64,000 bases of DNA from Spirochaetia bacterium (lineage in GTDB: Bacteria; Spirochaetota; Spirochaetia; CADAEX01): contig OY759746.1 in NCBI GenBank assembly GCA_963662795.1, positions 64,001 through 128,000 on the forward strand, in the 5' to 3' direction. Under the pieces are notes generated by a model. It did not search any database. It was not told the origin of the DNA and saw nothing but the letters and a program-made list of their open reading frames with translations. Made by a program: the position numbers and the translations under genes. Positions within the stretch are counted from its first letter, which is position 1; every line of letters begins with the position of its first letter. Below, piece after piece: positions 29,049-38,930 of this stretch.

Positions 29049-30467
29049 TTATTTCCCCCACTCTGAATGAAAATACTCACCCCTTGGTCTGTCTGTTCTT
29101 TCAAAGGTATGGGCCCCGAAGTAATCCCTCTGGGCCTGAAGCAGGTTGGCGGGAAGCTGTGCCCTCCTGTAACCGTCATAAAAGGAAAGGGCGCTTGAGA
29201 ATACGGGGACAGGGATGCCGGCCTTTACAGATTCGGATATGACATTCCTCCATGCCGCCTCTCCCTTTTTGATAATGTCGCTGAAATATTTATCCATTAT
29301 CAGGTTTTCGAGGGCAGGCTTATTTTCAAATGCTTTTTTTATTTTCCCGAGGAATACGCTTCGTATTATACAGCCGCCCCGCCACATAAGGGCAATATCA
29401 CCGAATTTAAGGTCCCATTTCCGCTCTGCCGAGGCCTCCCGCAGCAGCATGAAACCCTGGGCATATGAGATTATTTTCGAGCAAAGCAGCGCCTGCCTGA
29501 TGTTCTCAATAAAATCATTCCTGTTTTCTGTTATTATTGTACTTCCGGAAGGGAATACAGCGGCAGCTTTTTTACGCTCTCCCAGCATTGCCGACAGCTG
29601 CCTTGCATAAACAGCCTCGGCTATCAGCGTTACCGGTACCGCGCTCTCAAATGATTCAATCGCTGTCCATTTGCCGGTCCCCTTCTGCTCAGCAGCGTCA
29701 AGAACCTTATCCACCAGATATCCGCCGTTTTCCCTGTACCCAAGTATTCTGGCTGTAATTTCGACAAGGTAGCTGTCAAGTTCCCCTTTATTCCATTCAT
29801 TAAAAATCCCCGACGCTTCACCGGAAGTCAGCCCGAGGCCGGTTTTCATAATATCATAAGCCTCGGTAATCAGCTGCATATCCCCATACTCAATTCCGTT
29901 ATGCACCATCTTAACATAGTGCCCCGCCCCACCGCCGCCTACCCAGCTGCAGCAGATATCACCCTCTTCTGTTTTTGCAGCTATGGAAGTGAGAAGCTTT
30001 TGGACATGAGACCAGGCTTCTTTATTGCCTCCTGGCATGATTGACGGGCCTGTCCGCGCCCCTTCCTCACCGCCCGATATGCCGGCTCCGATAAAAAGTA
30101 TTCCCTTATCAGTCAATTCTTTGGTTCTTCTTTCAGTATCTGTGAAGCGGGAATTACCGCCGTCCATTATAATGTCACCTTTATCAAGCAGCGGCAGAAG
30201 ATGTGAAATATATTCATCAACAACACCGCCTGCCTTAACCATCAGGATTATTTTCCTTGGCCTATCAAGGGATGATACGAAATTTTCAAGAGTATCAGCG
30301 CCTGAAATATTGTCCCGCCCTGCCGCGTTATTTTTTATGAATTTTTCTGTTTTATCAAATGTCCTGTTATATACAGCAATAGAAAAACCATGGTCATTAA
30401 TGTTAAGAGCAAGATTACTGCCCATAACAGCAAGTCCTATCAGACCTGCATCGTATTTCTTTTCCAT
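29049..30467 (-). CDS. gnd: NADP-dependent 6-phosphogluconate dehydrogenase (decarboxylating)
   Basis: GLIGLAVMG, MVKAG, DGGNS, ISGGEEGA, KMVHNGIEYGDMQ, WRGGCIIRS, QAQRDYFGAHT. Confidence 0.96.
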   Translation of the reverse strand: MEKKYDAGLIGLAVMGSNLALNINDHGFSIAVYNRTFDKTEKFIKNNAAGRDNISGADTLENFVSSLDRPRKIILMVKAGGVVDEYISHLLPLLDKGDIIMDGGNSRFTDTERRTKELTDKGILFIGAGISGGEEGARTGPSIMPGGNKEAWSHVQKLLTSIAAKTEEGDICCSWVGGGGAGHYVKMVHNGIEYGDMQLITEAYDIMKTGLGLTSGEASGIFNEWNKGELDSYLVEITARILGYRENGGYLVDKVLDAAEQKGTGKWTAIESFESAVPVTLIAEAVYARQLSAMLGERKKAAAVFPSGSTIITENRNDFIENIRQALLCSKIISYAQGFMLLREASAERKWDLKFGDIALMWRGGCIIRSVFLGKIKKAFENKPALENLIMDKYFSDIIKKGEAAWRNVISESVKAGIPVPVFSSALSFYDGYRRAQLPANLLQAQRDYFGAHTFERTDRPRGEYFHSEWGK

Positions 30468-30680
30468 ACTTTTCATTCTCCCTTACAATAATTATCATAT
30501 ATCATTTTACATTTAGAATAAATAAAAAACGCTTTAGATTCCCGCTCTCCTTTTTTTAAATAAAACAACTGATCTGGTGTTTTTCAGATATTTTGGGGCG
30601 TCTAAAAAACTGCCTGATGTATCAGTTACTGAAGAGGTATCATTACCTTATACTTTTTCCCAAACTCCGAAGGCAGGATA

Positions 30681-30950
30681 ATGACTAAAAGCTCAGTTAA
30701 CCCGGCTGATAATAAAAAGTTGCTCTCCTTTGGTGAGATGGGATGCCCGGAGAGAACTATCTATACTGTTCCCGGCGATGTCGTCAATGTAGGTGCACGA
30801 TTCTGCGGCAGAGCGCCTGGCGGGAAATTGCTGATTGACCGCGCGACACTTGACGCATGCTGCGGGTTTATCCAGGGAGAACTGATACATGACCTTGAAC
30901 TCAAAGGGCTTGAGGGAGAAGATATCGAGATATTTCAGGTGATTGAATGA
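30681..30950 (+). pseudogene. C-terminal fragment of a class III nucleotidyl cyclase
   Basis: GEMGCPERTIYTVPGDVVNVGARFC...LELKG corresponds to the second half of the cyclase domain; N-terminal catalytic Asp motifs absent. Confidence 0.6.
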
Positions 30951-31061
30951 TAATTTTCTTTTTTTCCAGAGTTAATAATTTGAAATTCATAAAATTGTAA
31001 TTAGCTGTATTTCTCAATCAAAAATGATTTTACCGAATCAATTTACAGTCATCTTTCTACC

Positions 31062-31122
31062 TTGGATAAATTTGATGTTTAGACTATAATAAAACAAGAT
31101 TTTATATAGCCTTAAGGCTATA
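31062..31122 (+). promoter_or_regulatory. Putative promoter plus perfect 18-bp palindrome upstream of DEAD-box gene
   Basis: TTGGAT (31062), 17 bp, TATAAT (31085-31090); TATAGCCTTAAGGCTATA at 31105-31122. Confidence 0.5.
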
Positions 31123-31187
31123 ACCCCAGGGATTTAATAAAATCAAATTAACATATTTTCTGAAAAGAAAACAAAAAAAGAGAGTAA

Positions 31188-32852
31188 ATGAAATTTAACG
31201 AATTTGATCTGAATGAAAAAATACTTCAGGGAGTTGAAGAGGCAGGATTCACAGACTGTACACCGGTACAGGAGCGCACATTCATACACGCGCTTGAAGG
31301 AAAGGATGTTGCGGTACAGTCCCAGACAGGTACGGGAAAAACAGCAGCATTTTTAATACCGATATTTAATTTTTATGCTGATAAAACAAAGAAAATCGGA
31401 AAAACACTGATTGTTGTCCCCACAAGGGAACTTGCGGTACAGATAGAAGAGGAAGCTCAGCTGCTTTCCAAATATCTTGATATAAAAATAGCGAGCATTT
31501 ACGGCGGAATCGGATACGCAAAACAGGAAGATAATCTTAAAGAAGGAATGGACATAATAATCGGGACTCCGGGAAGGCTTATCGATTTCGGCAAATCAGG
31601 CAAATTAAATTTCAGCGATATTAATGTACTTGTTATTGATGAGGCTGACCGGCTTTTTGACATGGGCTTTATTCCTGATCTCAGATGGATGCTTAACAGG
31701 ATGCCTCCAAAAAATGAGAGAACAACAATGCTTTTCAGCGCGACTTTAAACAGCAGGGTCCGCCACCTTGCATGGGAGCACATGAATGACCCGGAGGAAA
31801 TTGAAGTAGCTCCGGAAAATATCACAGTTGAGGAAATTGAACAAGTTTTATACCATGTAAGCACTGATGATAAATTCCGGCTCCTTCTCGGTATCCTCAA
31901 GAAAGAAAATCCTGCATCTGCCATTATTTTTTCAAATACAAAGCACAAAGCCGCGGATCTCACAAAAAGGCTTACATATAACGGTTATAAATGCAGCTGC
32001 CTGATGGGAGACCTGCCGCAGAAAAAAAGACTGTCAATTATAAATAAGGTTAAGGCAGGCGGAGTTGAACTCCTTGTCGCTACAGATGTTGCGGCCAGAG
32101 GACTTCATATTAACGACCTGGAAATGGTAATAAATTATGACCTGCCTGAAGATTATGAAAATTACGTGCACAGGATCGGAAGAACAGCCAGAGCTGGAAA
32201 AACAGGCAAAGCAGTTTCACTTGCGTGTGAAAAATATGTATATGGTCTTGCTGCCATTGAAAATTACATAAAAATGAAGATTCCTGTTGAATGGGCGGAT
32301 GAAACCTTCTACGGTGAAGATAAAAGCGAAGGTATCCGGTTTAATCATGACAAAAATATTGATCGCAGGGGCGGTTCACGCGCCAGCACAACAAGCAGAA
32401 TTAAAACGGCCGGAAGGTCTTCTTCCGTTCGAAAGAATCCGGATAAAACACCCTATCAGACAGTGAAAAAACCGGTTCAGCCGTATCAGTCAGATGCTGT
32501 AAGAAAAAAACGCTCCCCAAGACCGGGTGTCCAGCCTGCCGCCGCGGCAGCAGCCAGACAGCAGGGCAAACCGGATTATAGAAAAGAAATGATCAAAAAA
32601 GAAACTGCAGGGAAAACAGGTGCCCCTTTTGCTGTAAGGAAAGAGAAAAAGGCTAAAGACTCAAGGTCAAATCAGGCAATGCAGGATACAAAAAAAAGGA
32701 ACAGGTCTCTTGATGAGAGGCTTAAGTATTACAGGGAAAAATACGGAGAAAAATATACCGCACCTCCAGAAGTAATAGAAGCTGAAAAAAAGGGTAAAAA
32801 ATCCGGTAAAAAATCCCTGTTCAAGATAATAGGCTCAATATTTAAAAAATAA
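31188..32852 (+). CDS. rhlB: DEAD-box RNA helicase, RhlB-like, with basic low-complexity C-tail
   Basis: TPVQ, QTGTGKT, PTRELA, DEAD, SAT, HRIGRTARAG, LACEKY (RhlB-like); symbol tentative. Confidence 0.85.
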   Translation: MKFNEFDLNEKILQGVEEAGFTDCTPVQERTFIHALEGKDVAVQSQTGTGKTAAFLIPIFNFYADKTKKIGKTLIVVPTRELAVQIEEEAQLLSKYLDIKIASIYGGIGYAKQEDNLKEGMDIIIGTPGRLIDFGKSGKLNFSDINVLVIDEADRLFDMGFIPDLRWMLNRMPPKNERTTMLFSATLNSRVRHLAWEHMNDPEEIEVAPENITVEEIEQVLYHVSTDDKFRLLLGILKKENPASAIIFSNTKHKAADLTKRLTYNGYKCSCLMGDLPQKKRLSIINKVKAGGVELLVATDVAARGLHINDLEMVINYDLPEDYENYVHRIGRTARAGKTGKAVSLACEKYVYGLAAIENYIKMKIPVEWADETFYGEDKSEGIRFNHDKNIDRRGGSRASTTSRIKTAGRSSSVRKNPDKTPYQTVKKPVQPYQSDAVRKKRSPRPGVQPAAAAAARQQGKPDYRKEMIKKETAGKTGAPFAVRKEKKAKDSRSNQAMQDTKKRNRSLDERLKYYREKYGEKYTAPPEVIEAEKKGKKSGKKSLFKIIGSIFKK

Positions 32853-34078
32853 TGTCCGGCAGTTTGAAAGAGATTGAAACCATAATAATCGGAGCGGGGC
32901 CCGCAGGGCTGATGGCAGCATCCGCCCTCCCCGGCTCTGCTTTAGTTCTTGAAAAAAAACCGGAAGCAGGTTTAAAACTGCTTATAAGCGGTTCAGGGCA
33001 ATGCAACCTGACCCATTCAGGGGCAAATGAAGAGCTGTTAACCCATTTTGGCAATAAATCAAGATTTTTAAAATCCTCCATCTATTCATTTTCGAATAGT
33101 GAGGTTTCTGTTTTTTTTGAATCAAAAAATGTTCCTCTTGTTACAAGGGAAGACGGAAAAGTATTTCCAGCAAGCTTCAGCTCCCGGGATATCTTAAACT
33201 GTCTGCTTAATGCCGTAAGGTCAGCCGGAAACAGAATTGAGTATAAAAGCGCGGTAAAGCGGATAAAAAAATCTGATAACTGTTTTTCAGTTGAAACTGA
33301 TTCCGCATCCTATAGATGCAGCAGCCTGATAATCGCAACAGGGGGTAAATCCTGGCCTGATACCGGTTCCTCAGGCGACGGGTATACTCTCGCGGAAAGC
33401 CTCGGCCATCCTGTTGTAAAGCCTGAACCGGCCCTTGCCCCTGTAAAAATTAAAAACCATCGTCTTGCGGGATTAAGCGGTATTTCATTTCAGGACATAA
33501 GCATATCACTCTGGAGAGGCGGGAAAAAAGCTGATGATTTCACCGGAGATATGCTTATTACGCATAACGGTTTATCAGGTCCCGCAATACTTGACAACTC
33601 AAGGTATTTAAGGGCCGGTGATATTCTTAAAATATCATTTTTCAAACTTCCTGAAAACATGGCTGTGTTCAGGGATAGAATCAGGAATGCAGGTAAACAA
33701 TCAGTTAAGAAATTTCTTCAGGGCTTTAATCTGCCGGGAAGGCTTCTTGATCATATAATCAGCATGGCAATGACATCTGCTGATAAAAACTGCGCAGACG
33801 CTGACAGCACAGAGATTAAACAGCTTTTTGCATACATTACTGCTTATCCCGCTGAAATTGCTTCCAAAGGGGGATTTGACACTGCCATGGTTACAGCCGG
33901 CGGAATTGACACCTTATTTGTAGATCCCAGAACAATGGAATCAAAGATCCACAGCGGTCTTTTTTTCGCCGGAGAAGTTCTTGATGTAGACGGAGATTCC
34001 GGAGGATACAATATACAGGCGGCATTCAGCACAGGCTATAAAGCTGCAGAGACAATAAAAAAAGGCAGGCCCCGGTAA
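32852..34078 (+). CDS. HI0933/YhiN/BaiN family FAD-dependent oxidoreductase
   Basis: GAGPAG, KLLISGSGQCNLT, ATGGKSWP.TGS.GDG, GEVLDVDGDSGGYNIQAAFSTG. Confidence 0.92.
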   Translation: MSGSLKEIETIIIGAGPAGLMAASALPGSALVLEKKPEAGLKLLISGSGQCNLTHSGANEELLTHFGNKSRFLKSSIYSFSNSEVSVFFESKNVPLVTREDGKVFPASFSSRDILNCLLNAVRSAGNRIEYKSAVKRIKKSDNCFSVETDSASYRCSSLIIATGGKSWPDTGSSGDGYTLAESLGHPVVKPEPALAPVKIKNHRLAGLSGISFQDISISLWRGGKKADDFTGDMLITHNGLSGPAILDNSRYLRAGDILKISFFKLPENMAVFRDRIRNAGKQSVKKFLQGFNLPGRLLDHIISMAMTSADKNCADADSTEIKQLFAYITAYPAEIASKGGFDTAMVTAGGIDTLFVDPRTMESKIHSGLFFAGEVLDVDGDSGGYNIQAAFSTGYKAAETIKKGRPR

Positions 34079-34121
34079 CACCTGAGCCCGCCTTAAGATG
34101 AGGAAAAATAACAGTAAATAA

Positions 34122-35063
34122 TTATTTAAAAAACTGGAGGTAAATATCAGTTTTTGATGACTGGTCTTTGTTTACAAGTCCTTTATCATAAAGTTTTTTA
34201 TAGATATCCAGGTAATACAGGTCATAGGCTTTCTTGTTTTCAGCGTTTAAATCTTCCGAATTTGCAAATGAAATCTCAATTATTTTCCTTTCATTGTTAC
34301 CTTTCCTGAGAATCCAGTAATCAATTGTAAACTCAACATCCTTCAGAAAAGAATTTTTCGCATCAGCAAATGTACCTTCAAATCTACAGGAATCAGCGAC
34401 TCCAGGAAATGAAGCATCAGCAAGTGAAGGATATTTTTTCTTAAGCATTACAGCTGTTTGACCATTTTCTCCGCTTTCGAACCAGTTCCAGACTTTTTTA
34501 AGCTCAAGGTCGCCTTTGGCTGCGGAAAAATCCTTTTCCGGTGAATAATTAATATCAAATGCTGTATTATAGAGATGTGCTATGCTTTTCCTGTCATTTA
34601 CAGGTTTTCCTTCAGCGCCTGCATCAAACTCATATTCAACACCGTTTACAGATGTAAGATCAAGCGCCCCGAAAGTATTCTGCCTTGATTTTACAGTAAT
34701 CTTGCTTTTTGCCGGTTTCTTCCTGTCTTCTCTTACCCTGAAAATAAGACCTTTATCCCCGAATCCCCCTTTTCTGTCCAGTGCATACAAATAATAATAT
34801 TTTTTCACAGGGCCTTTGTCAGCGGGAAAAAGAATACCCAGATCTGCGAATACCTCCGCAACAGCTGCGGTTAGAACAGGTTCTCCCGAATCACTCACCG
34901 TAAAATCAAAGGCATCCTCATTAAGCACAATTTTGTATTCAATTGCAGGCATTTTTCCTTCTGCAATGCTTTTATCTACATCCTGTGCCGCGACCTGCCC
35001 GGCCGTAATTGTCATAAAAAATACAGCTGATAAAACAAATAATTTTTCTATTGTCCCTTTCAC
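34122..35063 (-). CDS. Secreted hypothetical protein, possible CYTH/triphosphate-tunnel fold
   Basis: Signal peptide ...VAAQ; IEYK, LIFRVR, ITVKSR, EYE.D, DYW, IEISF, SSKT pattern; GTG start after AAGGAG. Confidence 0.5.
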   Translation of the reverse strand: MKGTIEKLFVLSAVFFMTITAGQVAAQDVDKSIAEGKMPAIEYKIVLNEDAFDFTVSDSGEPVLTAAVAEVFADLGILFPADKGPVKKYYYLYALDRKGGFGDKGLIFRVREDRKKPAKSKITVKSRQNTFGALDLTSVNGVEYEFDAGAEGKPVNDRKSIAHLYNTAFDINYSPEKDFSAAKGDLELKKVWNWFESGENGQTAVMLKKKYPSLADASFPGVADSCRFEGTFADAKNSFLKDVEFTIDYWILRKGNNERKIIEISFANSEDLNAENKKAYDLYYLDIYKKLYDKGLVNKDQSSKTDIYLQFFK

Positions 35064-35267
35064 AAGCAACTCCTTTCTGAATTCTCATTGATTTTATATC
35101 CGCAATATGAAAGGTGTCCAATAAAAATAATCTATCTGTATTGATAACTTTTTTTGTTCAACAGCCTCTTAAATATTTTAAAAAATTGAGACTGAGGGAG
35201 AAGCTTTTTTACTAAAAAGATTTACATTTTTCTTGAAGTTGCGCGATTTTACAGTTATTATCTATGC

Positions 35268-35630
35268 ATGAAACAGCAATACAAAAACATAATTTCCTAT
35301 GTATGGTCAACCGATATGGAAAGATCCCAACGGTTTTATATCGATATTCTGGGTTTTCAGCAGGGTTCAACATCCGACAGCTGGATAGAGCTTGCAGTCC
35401 CAGGACTTCACACAGTTTATTTTGCCTTAAACAAATGGACACTTGATTCACCGGCACCTCAAAACAACTTCCTGACTCTTGGAGTAGGGAATATTGATGA
35501 ATTCAGAAAACACCTGACCGGCGCTGGTGTAAAACTGAAGGGAGAATCAGAATTTTACGAAGAAGGTATTAAGCTTCTTAAATTCCTGGATCCTGACGGA
35601 AATACAATTACAGCGGCAGAGGTAGTTTAA
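35268..35630 (+). CDS. VOC/glyoxalase family protein
   Basis: DMERSQRFY.DILGF, FLDPDGN. Confidence 0.88.
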   Translation: MKQQYKNIISYVWSTDMERSQRFYIDILGFQQGSTSDSWIELAVPGLHTVYFALNKWTLDSPAPQNNFLTLGVGNIDEFRKHLTGAGVKLKGESEFYEEGIKLLKFLDPDGNTITAAEVV

Positions 35631-35640
35631 GGTTTTAATC

Positions 35641-36756
35641 TTAATAAGACCCGCGGAGTTCTGAATAGCCATTTTCCCGGAGTATTTTGGCCTCTTCCCT
35701 TTGTATTAAAAGGCCTTTACTCTTTTCGCACTTCCAGAACCAGCTGCGGGCACGGCTCCTGTTGCCAAGGACATCATATAGCTTTCCGGTTTCAAGGGTT
35801 ATCTCTGTATAGGTATAATTGCTGATCTGTTCGAAACTAAGGGCTTTTTCATAATATTCAATTGCTTTTTCATACTCACCTTTTGTATTATGATAATTTC
35901 CACACATCTGGTTGTATCTTGAGATCCATTTTCCGGTAACTCTGCCTGCAGCAATTTCCTTTTCAAATACATCCAGCAGCTTTCCGGCCTGTAAAACATC
36001 TTTTTTTCTTAAGAGAATATCTATTTTATAAAAACGGGCGGATAAATTGCCGGGGAAATTACTTAAAAACTCTTCCGTTGCAGAAAGAGCTTTTTCGTAA
36101 TTTTTTTCTATATAAATGGCTGATGAGATATAGAATATTTTTGCTTCCTGTCTTGTTAAAACCCCATTCTGCATTGCAAGTTCGAGATATTTAAGACCGC
36201 TATCGGGATCCGGACTGAATGAAAATATTTTCATAAGAGGCTGAAGTGTTTCAGGGACAAGGGCGGTTGTATAATCCTGATCCCCGAGGATAAAATACAG
36301 ATCCGGCAGAATATCAATATTTTTTTCAAGTTCTAATGCCGCTTCCCGTGATTTTGAAGCATGTGAAAATGAAGCCAGCCAGTCATTATTAAGGGCATAA
36401 CTTTTCATGTAATAATAATCTGCAAAACATCTGTGGAATCTGTTTTGAACAGTGTCAGCCTGCTTAAGCAGATTATCAATTTTTTTCGAGTAATCATCCA
36501 GATGTTCAAGAATGGTATCAATATTTTTTTCATCCGGATTCTGATTTATGACTAAAAAATCATAAACAATCCTTCCGGCAAGCCCGTCCAGATCTTCAGG
36601 ATTATCAGCAATATACTGATCAATCAGTTCATCAGCCTTTTCAAACTGGAAATTATAGGAATACCTTATTGCACTTACAATTTTATTCTTTTCTTCTGTT
36701 ACAGCAGCGGCAGCCGGAAATACAATTAAAAGCAGTATTGCAATGCTTAATTTCAT
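35641..36756 (-). CDS. Secreted TPR-repeat protein
   Basis: Signal peptide; YNFQFEKA; GEYEKAIEYYEKAL TPR. Confidence 0.75.
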   Translation of the reverse strand: MKLSIAILLLIVFPAAAAVTEEKNKIVSAIRYSYNFQFEKADELIDQYIADNPEDLDGLAGRIVYDFLVINQNPDEKNIDTILEHLDDYSKKIDNLLKQADTVQNRFHRCFADYYYMKSYALNNDWLASFSHASKSREAALELEKNIDILPDLYFILGDQDYTTALVPETLQPLMKIFSFSPDPDSGLKYLELAMQNGVLTRQEAKIFYISSAIYIEKNYEKALSATEEFLSNFPGNLSARFYKIDILLRKKDVLQAGKLLDVFEKEIAAGRVTGKWISRYNQMCGNYHNTKGEYEKAIEYYEKALSFEQISNYTYTEITLETGKLYDVLGNRSRARSWFWKCEKSKGLLIQREEAKILRENGYSELRGSY

Positions 36757-36780
36757 ATAAATTCCTTACTTACAGGTAAT

Positions 36781-36809
36781 TTGACATGAAATACGGATTA
36801 ATGTAATAT
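36781..36809 (+). promoter_or_regulatory. Putative sigma70 promoter of ABC-F gene
   Basis: TTGACA (36781), 17 bp, TAATAT (36804). Confidence 0.5.
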
Positions 36810-36858
36810 GCAGGGTCTTCAAAATAATATTAAATAAAAATTATCAACAGGATATCAA

Positions 36859-38481
36859 ATGATAAATGTCTCAAATCTGAAAGTCAGCTTCGGCGGGCAT
36901 ATTCTTTTTCAAAACAGCGGTTTTATTATCCGTCCCGGAGATAAAATTGGTCTTGTCGGCCCCAACGGTTCGGGGAAAACAACAATTTTCAGAATACTCT
37001 CAGGAGAGGAAAAGCCTGACGAAGGTAGTGTTGCGGTAAATCCAGGAATTGTAACAGGTTATTTTTCACAGGAAACCGGTGAAATGGAAGGAAACAGCGC
37101 TCTGGAAGAAGCTCTCTCAGGTGCCGGCCGGCTGCATGCAATCGGGAATGAGCTTACTGAAATGGAACACATATTATCAGATTCCGCCAGCTCACCCCTG
37201 GCAGAGGAAGAGATGGAAAAAATTATGGACCGGTACGGAGAACTGCAAAGCGAGTATCAGCATCTCGGAGGATATGAACTTGAAACCGGTGCAAAAACAA
37301 TACTCTCGGGACTTGGTATAGGTGAGAAACGATGGGACAATCCTGTAGAGAGTTTCAGCGGCGGCTGGAAGATGAGGATTGCTCTTGCAAAAATTCTTCT
37401 TTTAAATCCTGATGTACTTTTGATAGATGAACCAACAAATCATCTTGATGTTGAATCAATTGTGTGGCTTGAAGGGTGGCTTAAATCATTTAAGGGAGCA
37501 ATTGTAATGACAAGCCACGACAGGGATTTCATGACAAGAATTTGTACAAGAACAATAGAGGCGGCAGACGGTACTATTACCACATACAGCGGGAACTATG
37601 ATTTTTACCTTAAAGAACGGGAAATAAGAAAGGAACAGATTATTGCCGCACACCGCAGGCAGCAGGCAATGCTCGCAAAAGAGGAAGAGTTTATCGCAAA
37701 GTTTGCAGCCCGTGCCTCTCATGCCGCACAGGTACAGTCCCGGGTAAAAACGATAGAAAAGATTGAGAGAATTGTATTGCCTGCAGAACAGAAGGTGATG
37801 AAATTCAAATTTAGCGATGTAAAGAGAAGCGGAGATATTGTTGTAAGCATGGATAACCTTGCAAAGGAGTGGATACTCCCCGACGGGGAAACTTGCCCTG
37901 TTTTCAGCAGCATTACAGGTGTTGTAGGCAGGTGCAACAAGATAGCTGTAACAGGTGTTAACGGTGCCGGAAAGTCTACTCTTCTTAAAGTTATAACCGG
38001 GCAGACAGATGCGACGTCCGGGAGCTGCTCTATTGGCGCGAGTGTCGATACCGGCTATTTCAGCCAGTATTCATGTGACCTGCTTGACCCGGATAAAACT
38101 ATATTTGATGAGGTCTCAGGCCGTATTCCGAAGGAGACAATCGGCTATGTAAAAAACCTGCTGGGAGCTTTTCTCTTTTCCGGCGATGATACAGAAAAAA
38201 AAATAAGCGTTCTTTCGGGCGGGGAAAAAACCAGGGTAATGCTTGCATGCCTTCTTGCACAGCCGGTCAATTTTCTGGTACTTGATGAGCCGACAAATCA
38301 CCTTGATATCGCAAGCCGCGAGGTATTGCTCCAGGCTTTGAAGGAATTTGAAGGAACAGTTATGATTGTAAGCCACGACCGTTATTTTTTGCGCAGTTTT
38401 GTAAACAGGGTTTTTGAGATAGATCACGGGTGTATGAAAATATATGAAGGCGATTATTCTTATTATTTAAGTAAAAAATAA
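36859..38481 (+). CDS. ABC-F family ATPase (ribosome-associated)
   Basis: Two ABC domains (GPNGSGKT, FSGGWKMR, DEPTNHLD; GVNGAGKS, LSGGEK, DEPTNHLD), no TM. Confidence 0.93.
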   Translation: MINVSNLKVSFGGHILFQNSGFIIRPGDKIGLVGPNGSGKTTIFRILSGEEKPDEGSVAVNPGIVTGYFSQETGEMEGNSALEEALSGAGRLHAIGNELTEMEHILSDSASSPLAEEEMEKIMDRYGELQSEYQHLGGYELETGAKTILSGLGIGEKRWDNPVESFSGGWKMRIALAKILLLNPDVLLIDEPTNHLDVESIVWLEGWLKSFKGAIVMTSHDRDFMTRICTRTIEAADGTITTYSGNYDFYLKEREIRKEQIIAAHRRQQAMLAKEEEFIAKFAARASHAAQVQSRVKTIEKIERIVLPAEQKVMKFKFSDVKRSGDIVVSMDNLAKEWILPDGETCPVFSSITGVVGRCNKIAVTGVNGAGKSTLLKVITGQTDATSGSCSIGASVDTGYFSQYSCDLLDPDKTIFDEVSGRIPKETIGYVKNLLGAFLFSGDDTEKKISVLSGGEKTRVMLACLLAQPVNFLVLDEPTNHLDIASREVLLQALKEFEGTVMIVSHDRYFLRSFVNRVFEIDHGCMKIYEGDYSYYLSKK

Positions 38482-38546
38482 AAAAATCTCAGACTATATA
38501 CCTTTTTGCAGACTTTTCCGTTAGAATTACATCATGGAGATTAATA

Positions 38547-38921
38547 ATGCACAGCAAGAGAAATTCCGACAGAAGAAAAGTTTTTTTCTATCTTGAAGTT
38601 GAAGACATGGATACAAAACAGATGATTGGCAGGCTGGGAGATATTTCATCTGAAGGGATTATGCTTTTATCATCTAAAGTTCTTCCTCTTGAAAAAACAT
38701 ACAGGATAGCAGTGATACTGCCTAAAAACAGCACTTTCAGCGTGGCAAAACTCGAACTGATAGTTGAAACCCGCTGGCTTAAGCCTGACTTCAATCCTGC
38801 AATCCTTTGCATAGGCTGCTGCTATAAAGAAGCAGCTCCGGATAAGGATTCTGTAACACAGAAGCTGATTGACTACTATGGATTCAGCGACGGCTATAAA
38901 AAGTTCAAGCCTGCGGAATAA
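38547..38921 (+). CDS. Stand-alone PilZ domain protein (c-di-GMP receptor)
   Basis: RNSDR (RxxxR) and DISSEG (DxSxxG). Confidence 0.85.
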   Translation: MHSKRNSDRRKVFFYLEVEDMDTKQMIGRLGDISSEGIMLLSSKVLPLEKTYRIAVILPKNSTFSVAKLELIVETRWLKPDFNPAILCIGCCYKEAAPDKDSVTQKLIDYYGFSDGYKKFKPAE

Positions 38922-38930
38922 TTAGAAAAT

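Noticed and set aside
32852-34078. Two HI0933-family flavoproteins in the window as a recent duplication
   Set aside because: They belong to distinct subfamilies, are 29 kb apart and show no evident DNA identity.
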